A program made the translations under genes and the position numbers. The notes beneath the pieces are model-generated. The model was not told the origin of the DNA, searched no databases, and saw only the letters and a program-made list of their open reading frames with translations. A stretch of DNA of 62,918 bases, filler included, from Octopus bimaculoides (Eukaryota): assembly GCF_001194135.2 (NCBI RefSeq). It is 5 parts of 5 records of this genome, joined end to end, with 100 filler letters (N's around TTAATTAATTAA, not from the genome) between each part and the next. Parts side by side here need not be neighbours in the genome. Positions count along the whole stretch, not along the records: positions 1 to 13,901 come from NC_068996.1; positions 14,002 to 18,307 come from NC_068982.1; positions 18,408 to 26,249 come from NC_068984.1; 2 more parts are not named here. One strand, written 5' to 3'. Shown here piece after piece: positions 12,280 through 23,358 of the stretch (positions are counted from its first letter, which is position 1; each line of letters starts with the position of its first letter).

Positions 12280-13750
12280 NNNNNNNNNNNNNNNNNNNNN
12301 NNNNNNNNNNNNNNNNNNNNNNNNNNNNNNNNNNNNNNNNNNNNNNNNNNNNNNNNNNNNNNNNNNNNNNNNNNNNNNNNNNNNNNNNNNNNNNNNNNNN
12401 NNNNNNNNNNNNNNNNNNNNNNNNNNNNNNNNNNNNNNNNNNNNNNNNNNNNNNNNNNNNNNNNNNNNNNNNNNNNNNNNNNNNNNNNNNNNNNNNNNNN
12501 NNNNNNNNNNNNNNNNNNNNNNNNNNNNNNNNNNNNNNNNNNNNNNNNNNNNNNNNNNNNNNNNNNNNNNNNNNNNNNNNNNNNNNNNNNNNNNNNNNNN
12601 NNNNNNNNNNNNNNNNNNNNNNNNNNNNNNNNNNNNNNNNNNNNNNNNNNNNNNNNNNNNNNNNNNNNNNNNNNNNNNNNNNNNNNNNNNNNNNNNNNNN
12701 NNNNNNNNNNNNNNNNNNNNNNNNNNNNNNNNNNNNNNNNNNNNNNNNNNNNNNNNNNNNNNNNNNNNNNNNNNNNNNNNNNNNNNNNNNNNNNNNNNNN
12801 NNNNNNNNNNNNNNNNNNNNNNNNNNNNNNNNNNNNNNNNNNNNNNNNNNNNNNNNNNNNNNNNNNNNNNNNNNNNNNNNNNNNNNNNNNNNNNNNNNNN
12901 NNNNNNNNNNNNNNNNNNNNNNNNNNNNNNNNNNNNNNNNNNNNNNNNNNNNNNNNNNNNNNNNNNNNNNNNNNNNNNNNNNNNNNNNNNNNNNNNNNNN
13001 NNNNNNNNNNNNNNNNNNNNNNNNNNNNNNNNNNNNNNNNNNNNNNNNNNNNNGTATATATGTATATATATATATATATAATACAAAGAATATATATACA
13101 TGTATACACGCATATATGTACATACTTACATCTACATGTGTATATATATGCATATCAGGGTACAGGACGTTAGAACAATGAACTACAGACAACGGAACGA
13201 ACACATAGGAAAACGGAAAGCCACTTGGAATATTCCTTCATCAGCTGTCTCTATTCTAACCTGACGTTACGAATATATATATTATGCTACACATCTATGT
13301 ATACTTTTCTTTTTAAGTATATATATATCTCCCTAAATCCACATGTTTTTTTTTCTCTCTCTGATTATATTCTCATATTCTCATATTCCGAGCGTCAAAC
13401 AAATACACCTGCTTGTTGTTCATACAACTGTCTTCGTCTTATGTTTTTCTGTGAATTTCAACTATATATATATATTATGTACTGTTCCATGATGGTAACA
13501 CCAACAAAGAAAGTACTCCATCTGGTGGGAGATAAATATATTTGAATAGATACAATACATGTTTTATGTGTTTCTAATAGTTTCTTGTGCTGAGAACATG
13601 GGAAACAATGTATTATAATACGTCTGACATCTCAGTACAGTCATCAGGCACACGCCATACGGCATAACGAACTAAAACTTGCAGTTCTATATTTCAGAGA
13701 TGAGGAATTATGTACATTATTTACATTATTTACATTTGACGGGCCTATGA

Positions 13751-13831
13751 GGTAGTGGTTAAGAGCGCGGGCTACTAACCCCAAGATTCCGAGTTCGATT
13801 CCAGGCAGTGGCCTGAATAATAATAATAGTG

Positions 13832-13901
<70 letters not shown>
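13751..13901 (+). mobile_element. Very short tRNA-like SINE head fused directly to (TAA)n
   Basis: A-box-like tagtggttaagagc, anticodon-like loop ctactaa, B-box gagttcgattcc, then gtggcctgaataataa and (TAA)n. It lacks a proper acceptor stem, so it is not a tRNA gene. Confidence 0.65.
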
Positions 13902-14001
13902 NNNNNNNNNNNNNNNNNNNNNNNNNNNNNNNNNNNNNNNNNNNNTTAATTAATTAANNNNNNNNNNNNNNNNNNNNNNNNNNNNNNNNNNNNNNNNNNN
14001 N
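13902..14001. other. Scaffolding joint: 44 N + TTAATTAATTAA + 44 N (also at about 18308-18407, 26250-26349 and 49090-49189)
   Basis: The same 12-mer sits inside N runs four times and has stops in all six frames; it is an assembly linker, not biology. Confidence 0.9.
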
Positions 14002-14037
14002 TTTTATTGAAATCAATATTCACATTTAACACTACAA

Positions 14038-14194
14038 TGCGCAGGCGTAGCTCTGTGGTATTGCTTCCCAACCACATGGTTCCGAGTTCAGTCCCACTGC
14101 GTGGAACCTTGGGAAAGTGTCTTCTACTATAGACTCGGGCCGTCCAAGTCCTTGTGAGTGGATTTGGTAGACGGAAACTGAAAGAAGCCCGTCG

Positions 14195-14231
<37 letters not shown>

Positions 14232-14450
14232 ATGTGTGTGTGTCTTTGTGTCTGTGTTTGTCCTCCACCATCGCTTGACAACCGATGTTGGTTTGTTTGC
14301 GTCCCCGTAACTTAGCGGTTCAGCAAAAGAGACCGATGGAATAAGTACCAGGATCACAACGAATAAGTCTTGGGGTCGATTTGCTCGACTAAAGGTGGTG
14401 CTCCAGCATGGCCACAGTCAAACGACTGAAACAAACAAAAGAAGAAATGA
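14038..14450 (+). mobile_element. SINE family B, near full length
   Basis: 5' half with ggttccgagttcagtcccactgcgtgg, central (TA)n/(TG)n, 3' half ending cagcatggccacagtcaaacgactgaaacaa. Confidence 0.9.
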
Positions 14451-15240
14451 AAAGAAAAAAAAAACCTGGTTGAAATTCAGCCGAGGCCAACTTTGTCTTT
14501 CCTCATTTCGGGGTCGATAAAATAAGTGCCAGTTGAGTATTGGGATCCATTTAATCTATTAATCCCTACCACCGTAATTGCTGGTCTCGTACCAAAATTT
14601 GAAACCAATATTACAATCAATGTCATAAATGCTCAATTTATGTGCTTAATTTTTAATGCATAAATATGACTCATAATTTTTCTATTTGACATATCTTGTT
14701 AGGCTCATAAGCCAAGCTACCCGGTATCTGTGGCGAACATACCACTATAATGCTACTCTAGAAGAAATTTCAAGAGATGTTCCACTATTTGTTTGTTTTG
14801 ACAGAGATTGAACGCAGTACTATCTAATTTCCTCCAAGTTTTGTATTCGAAACCAGGCGATCATAATATAGATCTTAGGAAGTGTTACCAAGCCATATGT
14901 ATCTCAGCTGTGACTAACCGAAATTGTGGTGACATTATGCTATCACCACCAACAACAATGCTGAAATGCGTAGTGTTTAAATGTAAAAACAGAGAAAACT
15001 GACAGATTAGCTACAAGTAGCAGCCGTAACAACAGCAATGTTATCGTCATGGCACTCACCACTACAAAGAGCCATACATTTACCACCATCATTTCTACCG
15101 CCATAAATTCACAAAAGAACACTGTTTACCAAAGTCATAGGTGAAGTATTGCTTCACCCATGACGTAATAAGCATTACTTATTACAACTTGAAGCGCTCA
15201 TCCTGTTGGAGGTAGAAAAGCTAAATAAAAATGAACAACA

Positions 15241-15417
15241 GGCGCAGAAGTGGTTGTGTGGTAAGTAGCTTGCTTACCAACCACATTATTCCGAGTTCAG
15301 TCCCACTGCGTGGCACTTTGGGCAAGTGTCTCCTACTATAGCCTCGAGCCGACCAAAGCCTTGTGAGTGGATTTGGTAGACGGAAACTGAAAGAAGCTCG
15401 TCGTATATATGTATATG

Positions 15418-15454
<37 letters not shown>

Positions 15455-15676
15455 CTGTTTGTGTCTGTGTTTGTCCCCACCCCCCACCCGATATCGCTTG
15501 ACAACCGATGCTGGTGTGTTTACGTCCCCGTAACTTAGCGGTTCGGCAAAAGAGCCCGATAGAATAAGTACTAGGCTTACAAAGAATAAGTCCTGGTGTC
15601 GATTTGTTCGACTACAGGCGGTGCTCCAGCATAGCCACAGTCAAATGACTGAAACAAGTAAAAGAGTAAAAGAGAG
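15241..15676 (+). mobile_element. SINE family B, full length
   Basis: ggcgcagaagtggttgtgtggtaagtagcttgc...; central (AT)n; tail gaaacaagtaaaagagtaaaagagag. Confidence 0.9.
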
Positions 15677-15924
15677 TAACTCATTACAGGTACGTGAACA
15701 GCAAAATCAGGATCGAAAGTCCTACCTCAGTGCAAGCCGATAAGCGTAAGAAAGATGTATAGGGTTCATATTGTTCCTTAGAGAAGGAAGACAATACGAA
15801 AAGGGGATTGGGTATTTCTTTTGTCGTAATGAAGAGGAGGCTAGGATACAGCTAGCCATACACTGTCCTTCTAAGGCTACTGTTCAAAAGGAAGCGTCAA
15901 AGAAAATATTGCATTGAAGGATTG

Positions 15925-16530
15925 TTGTTGTTGGCACTCCGTCGCTTACGACGTCGAGGGTTCCAGTTGATCCGATCAACGGAACAGCCTGCTCGTGAAA
16001 TTAACGTGCAAGTGGCTGAGCACTCCACAGACATGTGTACCCTTAACGTAGTTCTCGGGGATATTCAGTGTGACATAGTGTGACAAGGCTGACCTTTTGA
16101 ATTACAGGCACAACAGAAACAGGAAGTAAGAGTGAGAGAAAGTTGTGGTGAAAGAGTACAGCAGGGTTCGCCACCATCCACTGCCGGAGCCTCGTGGAGC
16201 TTTAGGCGTTTTCGCTCANNNNNNNNNNAAATTAACGTGCAAGTGGCTGAGCACTCCACAGACATGTGTACCCTTAACGTAGTTCTCGGGGATATTCAGT
16301 GTGACATAGTGTGACAAGGCTGACCTTTTGAATTACAGGCACAACAGAAACAGGAAGTAAGAGTGAGAGAAAGTTGTGGTGAAAGAGTACAGCAGGGTTC
16401 GCCACCATCCACTGCCGGAGCCTCGTGGAGCTTTAGGCGTTTTCGCTCAATAAACACTCACAACGCCCGGTCTGGGAATCGAAACCGCGATCCTATGACG
16501 GCGAGTCCGCTGCCCTAACCACTGGGCATT
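15925..16530 (-). mobile_element. SINE family C (tRNA-derived); a 221-bp segment is duplicated across a 10-N gap
   Basis: Reverse complement matches 61141-61528. 15998-16218 and 16229-16449 appear identical by eye. Confidence 0.9.
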
Positions 16531-18407
16531 CAAGGATATATCACTTGGAATATTCAACAATTATTTCATAATGATCTTGAAAGAGCAAGGTCACAACCCA
16601 AATTGCAGGTGCACATGCTGTTGAAACCTGAATATATGCCAAAGATACCCGATCACATTTATTTGAAGGCTGAAGATCGAATAAGAGTTGCAGTTGCAGT
16701 GGAGAGCAAGAGAACCAAGTGCTACACATACGTTAACAACAGTCACGTGAGGGTTTTCTGTCAATAGTTAGGTGAGGTGAAAAGCACTAGCTGCAAACAT
16801 CACAACCATAACCAAAAGCAAGAATACTATAGTTGCAAGAAGAGCACCAGCAGCAACGAGAGCAGCAGCAAAAATCAAAACTACATTGGAGTATGTACTA
16901 TTATTTTCAAAAGGGTGAGAGTACTAAAAAAAAAATCCACCATAACTAATACGAAAGACACATATGCGCACACAAGCAGCAGTCAATCTGTCTTTGTCAA
17001 AGAAAGAAGAGAAGGAAGAGGAGATAGAGACATACATAACAAATCATTGTCATGGGGAGTAAGACAGGAAAAAAAAGAAAGAAAAACCAAGCAATGACCA
17101 GCGTCTAATCACAAAAAAATTAATAAGGTAGATGTCACACCTAAGAGCCTGAAAATCAATCATCCACTTTGTACAAGTACGACAAAATCGTGCACAACAA
17201 AGACAACTAAAACTGCAAATATAACAACGAAAGGTGAAAAAAAAAAGAAGACACAAGTACAAAGTGCAAAATAAGTAACAACGCAGACACATATTCACCT
17301 TTGTCAGAAAGGAGAACGCTAATTTGATTGCATGTAAATCACAACATCAAATAAATAGGAAGGAAGCGAAAATAAGCTAATTCCTCCCTATGCTGCACGA
17401 TGCAGACTCTTGCAAATCAGAATGTAAGAAGGTCGTGTCACCACACGCGAACAATATATCATTGCGAGGGTGCTGGACACCTCAGAAATCGAGGATTATA
17501 TTGAAAGAATACGAAATGGTAACTGGAGCATATATGAGCAAATATAACAGGAGGTCGACTTTGCCCTTTGTCATTTGGCGGGCGGTTGATAAATTAAGTA
17601 CCTGTCGAACACTGGAGTCGATGTGATCGATTAGTTTCCTCTCCTAAAAAATTTCAGGTCTTGTGCCTGTACTAGAAAAAAATATTATTATTCAGTTGTA
17701 AAGAATAAAGAATAGAGGAGTAAAAGATCAGTGAAATCATTTTGTGGTTTTAAGATAATTAGTTAATGACTGGGTTACGATAACGGGTGGTAACTGAGAA
17801 TCAGTGGAGTGCTGAAGTTATATGAAACCAATGATGAGCGGTGAGGTGTGGATGGGTAAAAAGAATGGTTATGATTGAATGATTGTTCGTCAATAAGTTT
17901 TGTATAGATATGATGAAACTCCTTTGATTTTGCTAATTCTCCTCCCACGCCAAGGGCGGACCGCTCTATTTGTGAAAGTCACATTATTATGTAAATTAAA
18001 TCATCATCACCATCGTCGTCAAAATCATCATCAAAATCGCCATCATTAAAATCACCATCACCATCGCCACCATCACAATTGCCATCATTATCATCCTCAT
18101 CATCGTCATCACAACCACCACCACCACCAACACCAACACCATCATTATCATTGGCAATTCACACCACATATAATTTGCACGTACAAGTATAAACTATGGA
18201 TATTTATGTAAATACTTTGTGCGTCATTAAGTCATAAACATTTTTTTAAAATCGTTGATCTGATTTTGGCTTACTGTTAGAAACATCATCAGCTCCATTG
18301 GTTAGGTNNNNNNNNNNNNNNNNNNNNNNNNNNNNNNNNNNNNNNNNNNNNTTAATTAATTAANNNNNNNNNNNNNNNNNNNNNNNNNNNNNNNNNNNNN
18401 NNNNNNN

Positions 18408-18731
18408 ATACAAAGACCTGGAAATAGAGATAACTCGAATGTGGAATCTAAAAACAGAAACAATTCCTATCATAGTAGGTGCCTTAGGTATAATAAAAAA
18501 ATATTCAGACAAATACATAACAAAAATAGCAGGACTTACAAATATATATAACATACAGAAAATTGCACTACTGGGTACTGCACACATTCTACGCAAAACA
18601 CTTTCAATACAGTAAACATAAGAGCACCACAGCAAACCACAGCACATACCCAAGGCGCACAGAGCTGCGCTCGGTAGTGAAGTGAAAGCACGTTATAAAA
18701 ATAAAACTACTGAATAATAATAATAATAATA

Positions 18732-18786
<55 letters not shown>
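18408..18786 (+). mobile_element. 3' end of an R4/Dong-like restriction-endonuclease non-LTR retrotransposon followed by (TAA)n
   Basis: Encodes YKDLEIEITRMWNLKTETIPIIVGALGIIKK...IQKIALLGTAHILRKTLSIQ*, matching the C-terminal KYxDL...PIIIGALG...QKxALLGTAHILR pattern of R4/NeSL-group ORFs. A short 3' UTR ends ctgaataataa. Confidence 0.8.
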
Positions 18787-18787
<1 letters not shown>

Positions 18788-19419
18788 TCCAAACATAAGT
18801 TGAAAAAGCTGATTATCTCGCGATCATTATTGATCTGATATTTGTTGTCGATCCTGGAATGACAAAAGAAAAAGGAAGGTCAAAGTGGCAGGATTTAAGC
18901 TCTGAATATATATATATAAAAAAAAAGGCCTTACAACTCGTTCGTCACTATAATTCAGCGTATTACGGTTTCTGCGAATGCAGCGGCCTTACGTCTGATT
19001 TCAATAGAATGGTCATTTTATGTGAGGTGGTTATTGCGGTTGTTCTTCTGAAGAGGAAGTAGATCTGTCGTGGAGACCGAGTTACACCTTGTTTAAGGAT
19101 AAACAACTTTGTATAAATTCTTTTCAAAGTTTAAAAACGAAGAAGAAAACTGGTCGCCCTTTGATACAAAAGTTTCTTTCGTTCGTCTCCCAAAAAGAAA
19201 TGAAATCTTCGCACATTTATTTTAAAAAAATTGGAGGTGTATTTGTGCATTTATTGTGCAGATATATTTATTCAATTTTAGAGAATAAAGCAAGGTTTTC
19301 CCTGACAATTTAGCCTAGATATATGTAATAAGCATATAAGGACAATATAGCCTAGATATATGTATTATGTATAGGAGGACAATATCAAAAATTTCACTGA
19401 CTCAGTTTCGTCAGGAGAG

Positions 19420-19790
19420 GCAGGTGAAGTGTCTGTATTGTGGGTAAAGTAACAGACAAGCAAGCGAAAGGTGTGCGGTTTGTATCCTTTCACATACCTG
19501 CGGTATCTCCATTATCCCAAAGATTAAAGAATTGCCAACATCCTCGTCTACCTAGTCAACGGTGTACTTGTGGTTACGTTTCTGAAGTCACTTCAGAAAT
19601 GTAACTAAATGTGGACCGTTGGCGATTTTCCTTCTTCCTCTTTGGACTTTTCCCTTTCACCTTTCCGACGAAGAGCCATGCACGAAACGTTAAAAACTCT
19701 TTCCTTTCACCGAATTTTAAACTAATATAATTCTTGTGAACGTCTTTACGTTTTCTTTTTTTACCTTTCGTTCTCATTTTGTTTTTTTAT
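19420..19790 (+). mobile_element. Penelope-like element 3' end/terminal repeat with a degenerate hammerhead-like motif (19661-19696)
   Basis: The decayed frame VSVLWVK*QTSKRKVCGLYPFTYLRYLHYPKD*R resembles the GIY-YIG C-terminus (RKxxExxLIFxLxTxxPxGLN). It is followed by ttt-ccgacga-a-gagc-cat-gcac-gaaac-gt-t-aaa. Confidence 0.45.
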
Positions 19791-19846
19791 TCGTTTTTTT
19801 TTTTATTGTTTGTTCGTTGAATTGAATATTTACTGCACGCTCATGT

Positions 19847-20168
19847 GAAGGCGCGTGACTTATTGGTTAGGGTATTCAGCTCGTGATAGTAAGGTCGTGA
19901 GTTCAATTCCCGGCGACGCGTTGTGTCCTTGAGCAAGACACTTTATTTCACATTGCTCCAGTACACTCAGCTGGCAAAAATGAGTAGTACCTGTATTTCA
20001 AAGAGCCGGCCTTGTCACACACTGTGTCACGCTGAATCTCCTTGAGAACTATGATAAGGTTACACATGTCTGTGGAGTGCTCAGCCACTTGCACGTTGGT
20101 TTCACGAGCAGGCTGTTGCGTTGATCGTATCAGCTGGGACCCTCGTCGTAGTAACCGATGAAGTGCTA
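19847..20168 (+). mobile_element. SINE family D (tRNA head + CORE-like domain + tail shared with family C)
   Basis: gaaggcgcgtgacttattggttaggg...gagttcaattcccggcgacgcgttgtgtccttgagcaagacactttatttcac...; same as 47944-48265. Confidence 0.85.
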
Positions 20169-20781
20169 GTGTTCCTGTTATTCAATTTATCAGTGAAAGA
20201 GTTAACTCTCAACGATTCTAGTCAGAGCCTACAGCTCTTATGGTAGACATTCGGAGTTTCCATCTTAGGGTGAAACCGGCAGCATTGTCTTAGAGCTACA
20301 AACATCAAGGTAACAATTAAAAGGTAACGTGGAGTGCTCAGCCACTTGCATGTTAACTTCCATTGCTCGTATCACCTCATCGTCGTAACCGACGGAGTGC
20401 TCCTACTGCACGCTCACACGGACCATCCTCGTTCTTCCGATTATTTTTAAGTACCTGATTCATGGGTTTCTCACTCTGGCATTGGATTACGTTACCTTTT
20501 AATTCATTCGGAGTACGTCGTTTCTGCACCTTATATATATATTGTATATACTCTATATATGCGTGAGTGTGTGTGTCTGTGTCTGTGTCTGTTTCGTAAT
20601 GCTAACAGAAAAATAGAACTCAAAATATGAGTATATATATATATTTTTATGAATATTTAGCAGAAGCAACTGGGTGACTCAAGTACTAAGAGTTTCGTGC
20701 GTTTTCACTTATCAATCTTATGAAAATTTGTTAAGTGCCAACGCCCTTGCTTCATTCTGTTGCTTCTCCTGAATTATTATC

Positions 20782-20843
<62 letters not shown>

Positions 20844-21499
20844 GTTGTTTTTTTCTTCTTTCTTCAAATTTTCTTCCATTTCTCGCCGAGTGTTTTCCAT
20901 ATACCNNNNNNNNNNNNNNNNNNNNNNNNNNNNNNNNNNNNNNNNNNNNNNNNNNNNNNNNNNNNNNNNNNNNNNNNNNNNNNNNNNNNNNNNNNNNNNN
21001 NNNNNNNNNNNNNNNNNNNNNNNNNNNNNNNNNNNNNNNNNNNNNNNNNNNNNNNNNNNNNNNNNNNNNNNNNNNNNNNNNNNNNNNNNNNNNNNNNNNN
21101 NNNNNNNNNNNNNNNNNNNNNNNNNNNNNNNNNNNNNNNNNNNNNNNNNNNNNNNNNNNNNNNNNNNNNNNNNNNNNNNNNNNNNNNNNNNNNNNNNNNN
21201 NNNNNNNNNNNNNNNNNNNNNNNNNNNNNNNNNNNNNNNNNNNNNNNNNNNNNNNNNNNNNNNNNNNNNNNNNNNNNNNNNNNNNNNNNNNNNNNNNNNN
21301 NNNNNNNNNNNNNNNNNNNNNNNNNNNNNNNNNNNNNNNNNNNNNNNNNNNNNNNNNNNNNNNNNNNNNNNNNNNNNNNNNNNNNNNNNNNNNNNNNNNN
21401 NNNNNNNNNNNNNNNNNNNNNNNNNNNNNNNNNNNNNNNNNNNNNNNNNNNNNNNNNNNNNNNNNNNNNNNNNNNNNNNNNNNNNNNNNNNNNNNNNNN

Positions 21500-21670
21500 T
21501 AGTGCAATTTTCTGTATGTTATATATATTTGTAAGTCCTGGTGTTTTTGCTATGTATTTGTCTGAATATTTTTTTATTATACCTAAGGCACCTACTATGA
21601 TAGGAATTGTTTCTGTTTTTAGATTCCACATTCGAGTTACCTCTATTTCCAGGTCTTTGTATTTTAAAAG

Positions 21671-21720
<50 letters not shown>
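21500..21720 (-). mobile_element. R4/Dong-like element fragment (same family as 18408), abutting (ATT)n
   Basis: Minus frame KYKDLEIEVTRMWNLKTETIPIIVGALGIIKKYSDKYIAKTPGLTNIYNIQKIAL; I count about 4 differences over about 160 bp versus 18408-18570. Confidence 0.85.
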
Positions 21721-21722
<2 letters not shown>

Positions 21723-21894
21723 GAAGTAGTAGTAGTAGTAATAGCAGCAGCAGCAGCAGCAGAAATACACACATGCATATACACACACACACACACACAT
21801 TCACCTAAATTAATCGTTATTAATACTAAACCCTCCGACGCCCAAATGTCTTCACTAAATATTCTGTCTGTTTTCATTGTTTCTCTCTTAACAG

Positions 21895-22034
21895 TGGATG
21901 CCTCACAGAAAAGGTTTCGTCGTCGGTTTTGTCGTGGCGGGCTACGGTGGTGGGGCCTTCATTTTTAACCAAGTGATCACAGGTTTTATTAACCCAAGAA
22001 ACCTTAGTCCTGATATCGATCATAATGGGGAACA
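21895..22034 (+). CDS. Internal coding exon (phase 0 to phase 2) of an MFS transporter, animal oxalate:formate-antiporter-like family
   Basis: Acceptor ttttcattgtttctctcttaacag, donor CA|gtgagt, 140 nt open. Translation WMPHRKGFVVGFVVAGYGGGAFIFNQVITGFINPRNLSPDIDHNGE matches the OFA/OxlT-like TM4-TM5 signature W-x-P-x-R-K-G...G-x-x-x-A-G-F/Y-G-x-G-A-x-I-F. The frame is not in the ORF track because it is under 60 aa. Confidence 0.88.
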
Positions 22035-22101
22035 GTGAGTAGTTTTTATCTCCCACACTTCACTACATTTCTTTCTTTCTCTCTTTCTTTCTTTCTTTCT
22101 C

Positions 22102-22132
<31 letters not shown>

Positions 22133-23112
22133 GTTCCATTTTCGCTTTCCTTCACTCGGGTTCCTTATTTCAGTTCCCCTCGCTTTCTTCTCCCATTTTT
22201 TCTTTCATTATCCTTGTCACAGCCCAGATCTCTTACAAAACCCGTAAAAGAAAAATCTGATATATAACTACGGTAAATGAGCCTCGGATGGCGGTTTCGA
22301 TATCTGGTTCGTATTGAACAGTTTTACCTGATGTTTCTCTTGGTGCAATAACGTATAGAAGGAATTCCTAAACTCCTCAACTTCTTTTTCCCATTTCACG
22401 ATTTAATCTCATCGAATGTTGTCTCCTAATTTTAGCCTGGATTCCATAAAAAAGAAAAGACGAGAGACAATGAGGTTAAACATTTTTGTTCTTGGCTTTT
22501 ATCCACTTCAAGATAAATCGTGGATCAATGGTAAAGCATGGATCGAGTGAGGTGAACGCGGGATCAGATGTGCTAAAAATAATGAAGAGACTGAAGCAAA
22601 AATAACAAGAAATGGAAAGAGTAGAGTAAACCAGTTGTGAAAAACAATGTATAGAATGATGAGTGAACTATGGCTCAAGTACAGCAAGCTAAAGAACAGA
22701 CGTGGTAAACGAGGGATCAAAATTGATAGACGAATAAATAAAGCACAACAAACGATGGGTCGAGTTTGTTAAGCCATGGATTAATCAAAACATTAATTAA
22801 TGAACTTTGTTCAATTATGATAACTACTGGTTCGTGTTTAGCAAAGCAGGTGTCAAATGTGACAGGTCATAAATCTATAAGGCAAGAGACAAGTGTATTA
22901 AACAATTGATCACAATGTATGACAAACAATTGTTTAACTCTCGTATACAGGAATCAGGCAACGATCAAGTGTAACAAAGCTCGGATCAAGTGTAACAAAG
23001 CTCGGATCAAGTTTGACCAATCATAATAGCGATAATTAAACTTTTGATTCCGCCCTTCAAAAGATTTAAATTTTGTATTCTTTTTTTTGTTCTAGCTTTC
23101 TCCCTTCTTCGT

Positions 23113-23358
23113 GGAGGCGCGTGGCTTAGTGGTTAAGGTGTCAACATCATGATCGTAAGATTGTGGTTTCGATTCCTGGACCGGGCGACGCGTTGTGTTC
23201 TTGAGCAAAACACTTCATTTCACGGTGCTCCAGTCCACTCAGCTGGCAAAAATGAGTGACGCTTCGATGGACTGGCGTCCCGTCCAGCTGGGGAACACAT
23301 ACGCCATTGAAACCGGGAAACCGGGCCCATGAGCCTGGCTAGGCTTTAAAGGGGTGCA
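23113..23358 (+). mobile_element. SINE with the family D head/CORE-like domain but a different 3' tail
   Basis: ggaggcgcgtggcttagtggttaagg...ttgagcaaaacacttcatttcacggtgctccagtccactcagctggcaaaaatgagt, then gacgcttcgatggactggcgtcccgtcc...gcctggctaggctttaaagggg. Confidence 0.8.

Noticed and set aside
13225-13260. CTGATGA-a-GGAATATTCC on the minus strand (related word near 47745)
   Set aside because: Core plus hairpin, but GAAA and the remaining stems are absent; at most a dead relic.
13946-13957. TTAATTAATTAA recurring four times
   Set aside because: Always centred in a 100-bp N block; an artificial six-frame-stop scaffold linker.
15998-16449. Perfect 221-bp tandem duplication
   Set aside because: Identical copies flank a 10-N gap inside one SINE; typical unmerged contig overlap.
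19230-19300. IGGVFVHLLCRYIYS resembling the first TM of OFA-like transporters (IGGxLVHL)
   Set aside because: Similarity collapses after HL (no LG, no FGN), the upstream residues are not TM-like and there is no convincing acceptor; likely chance.
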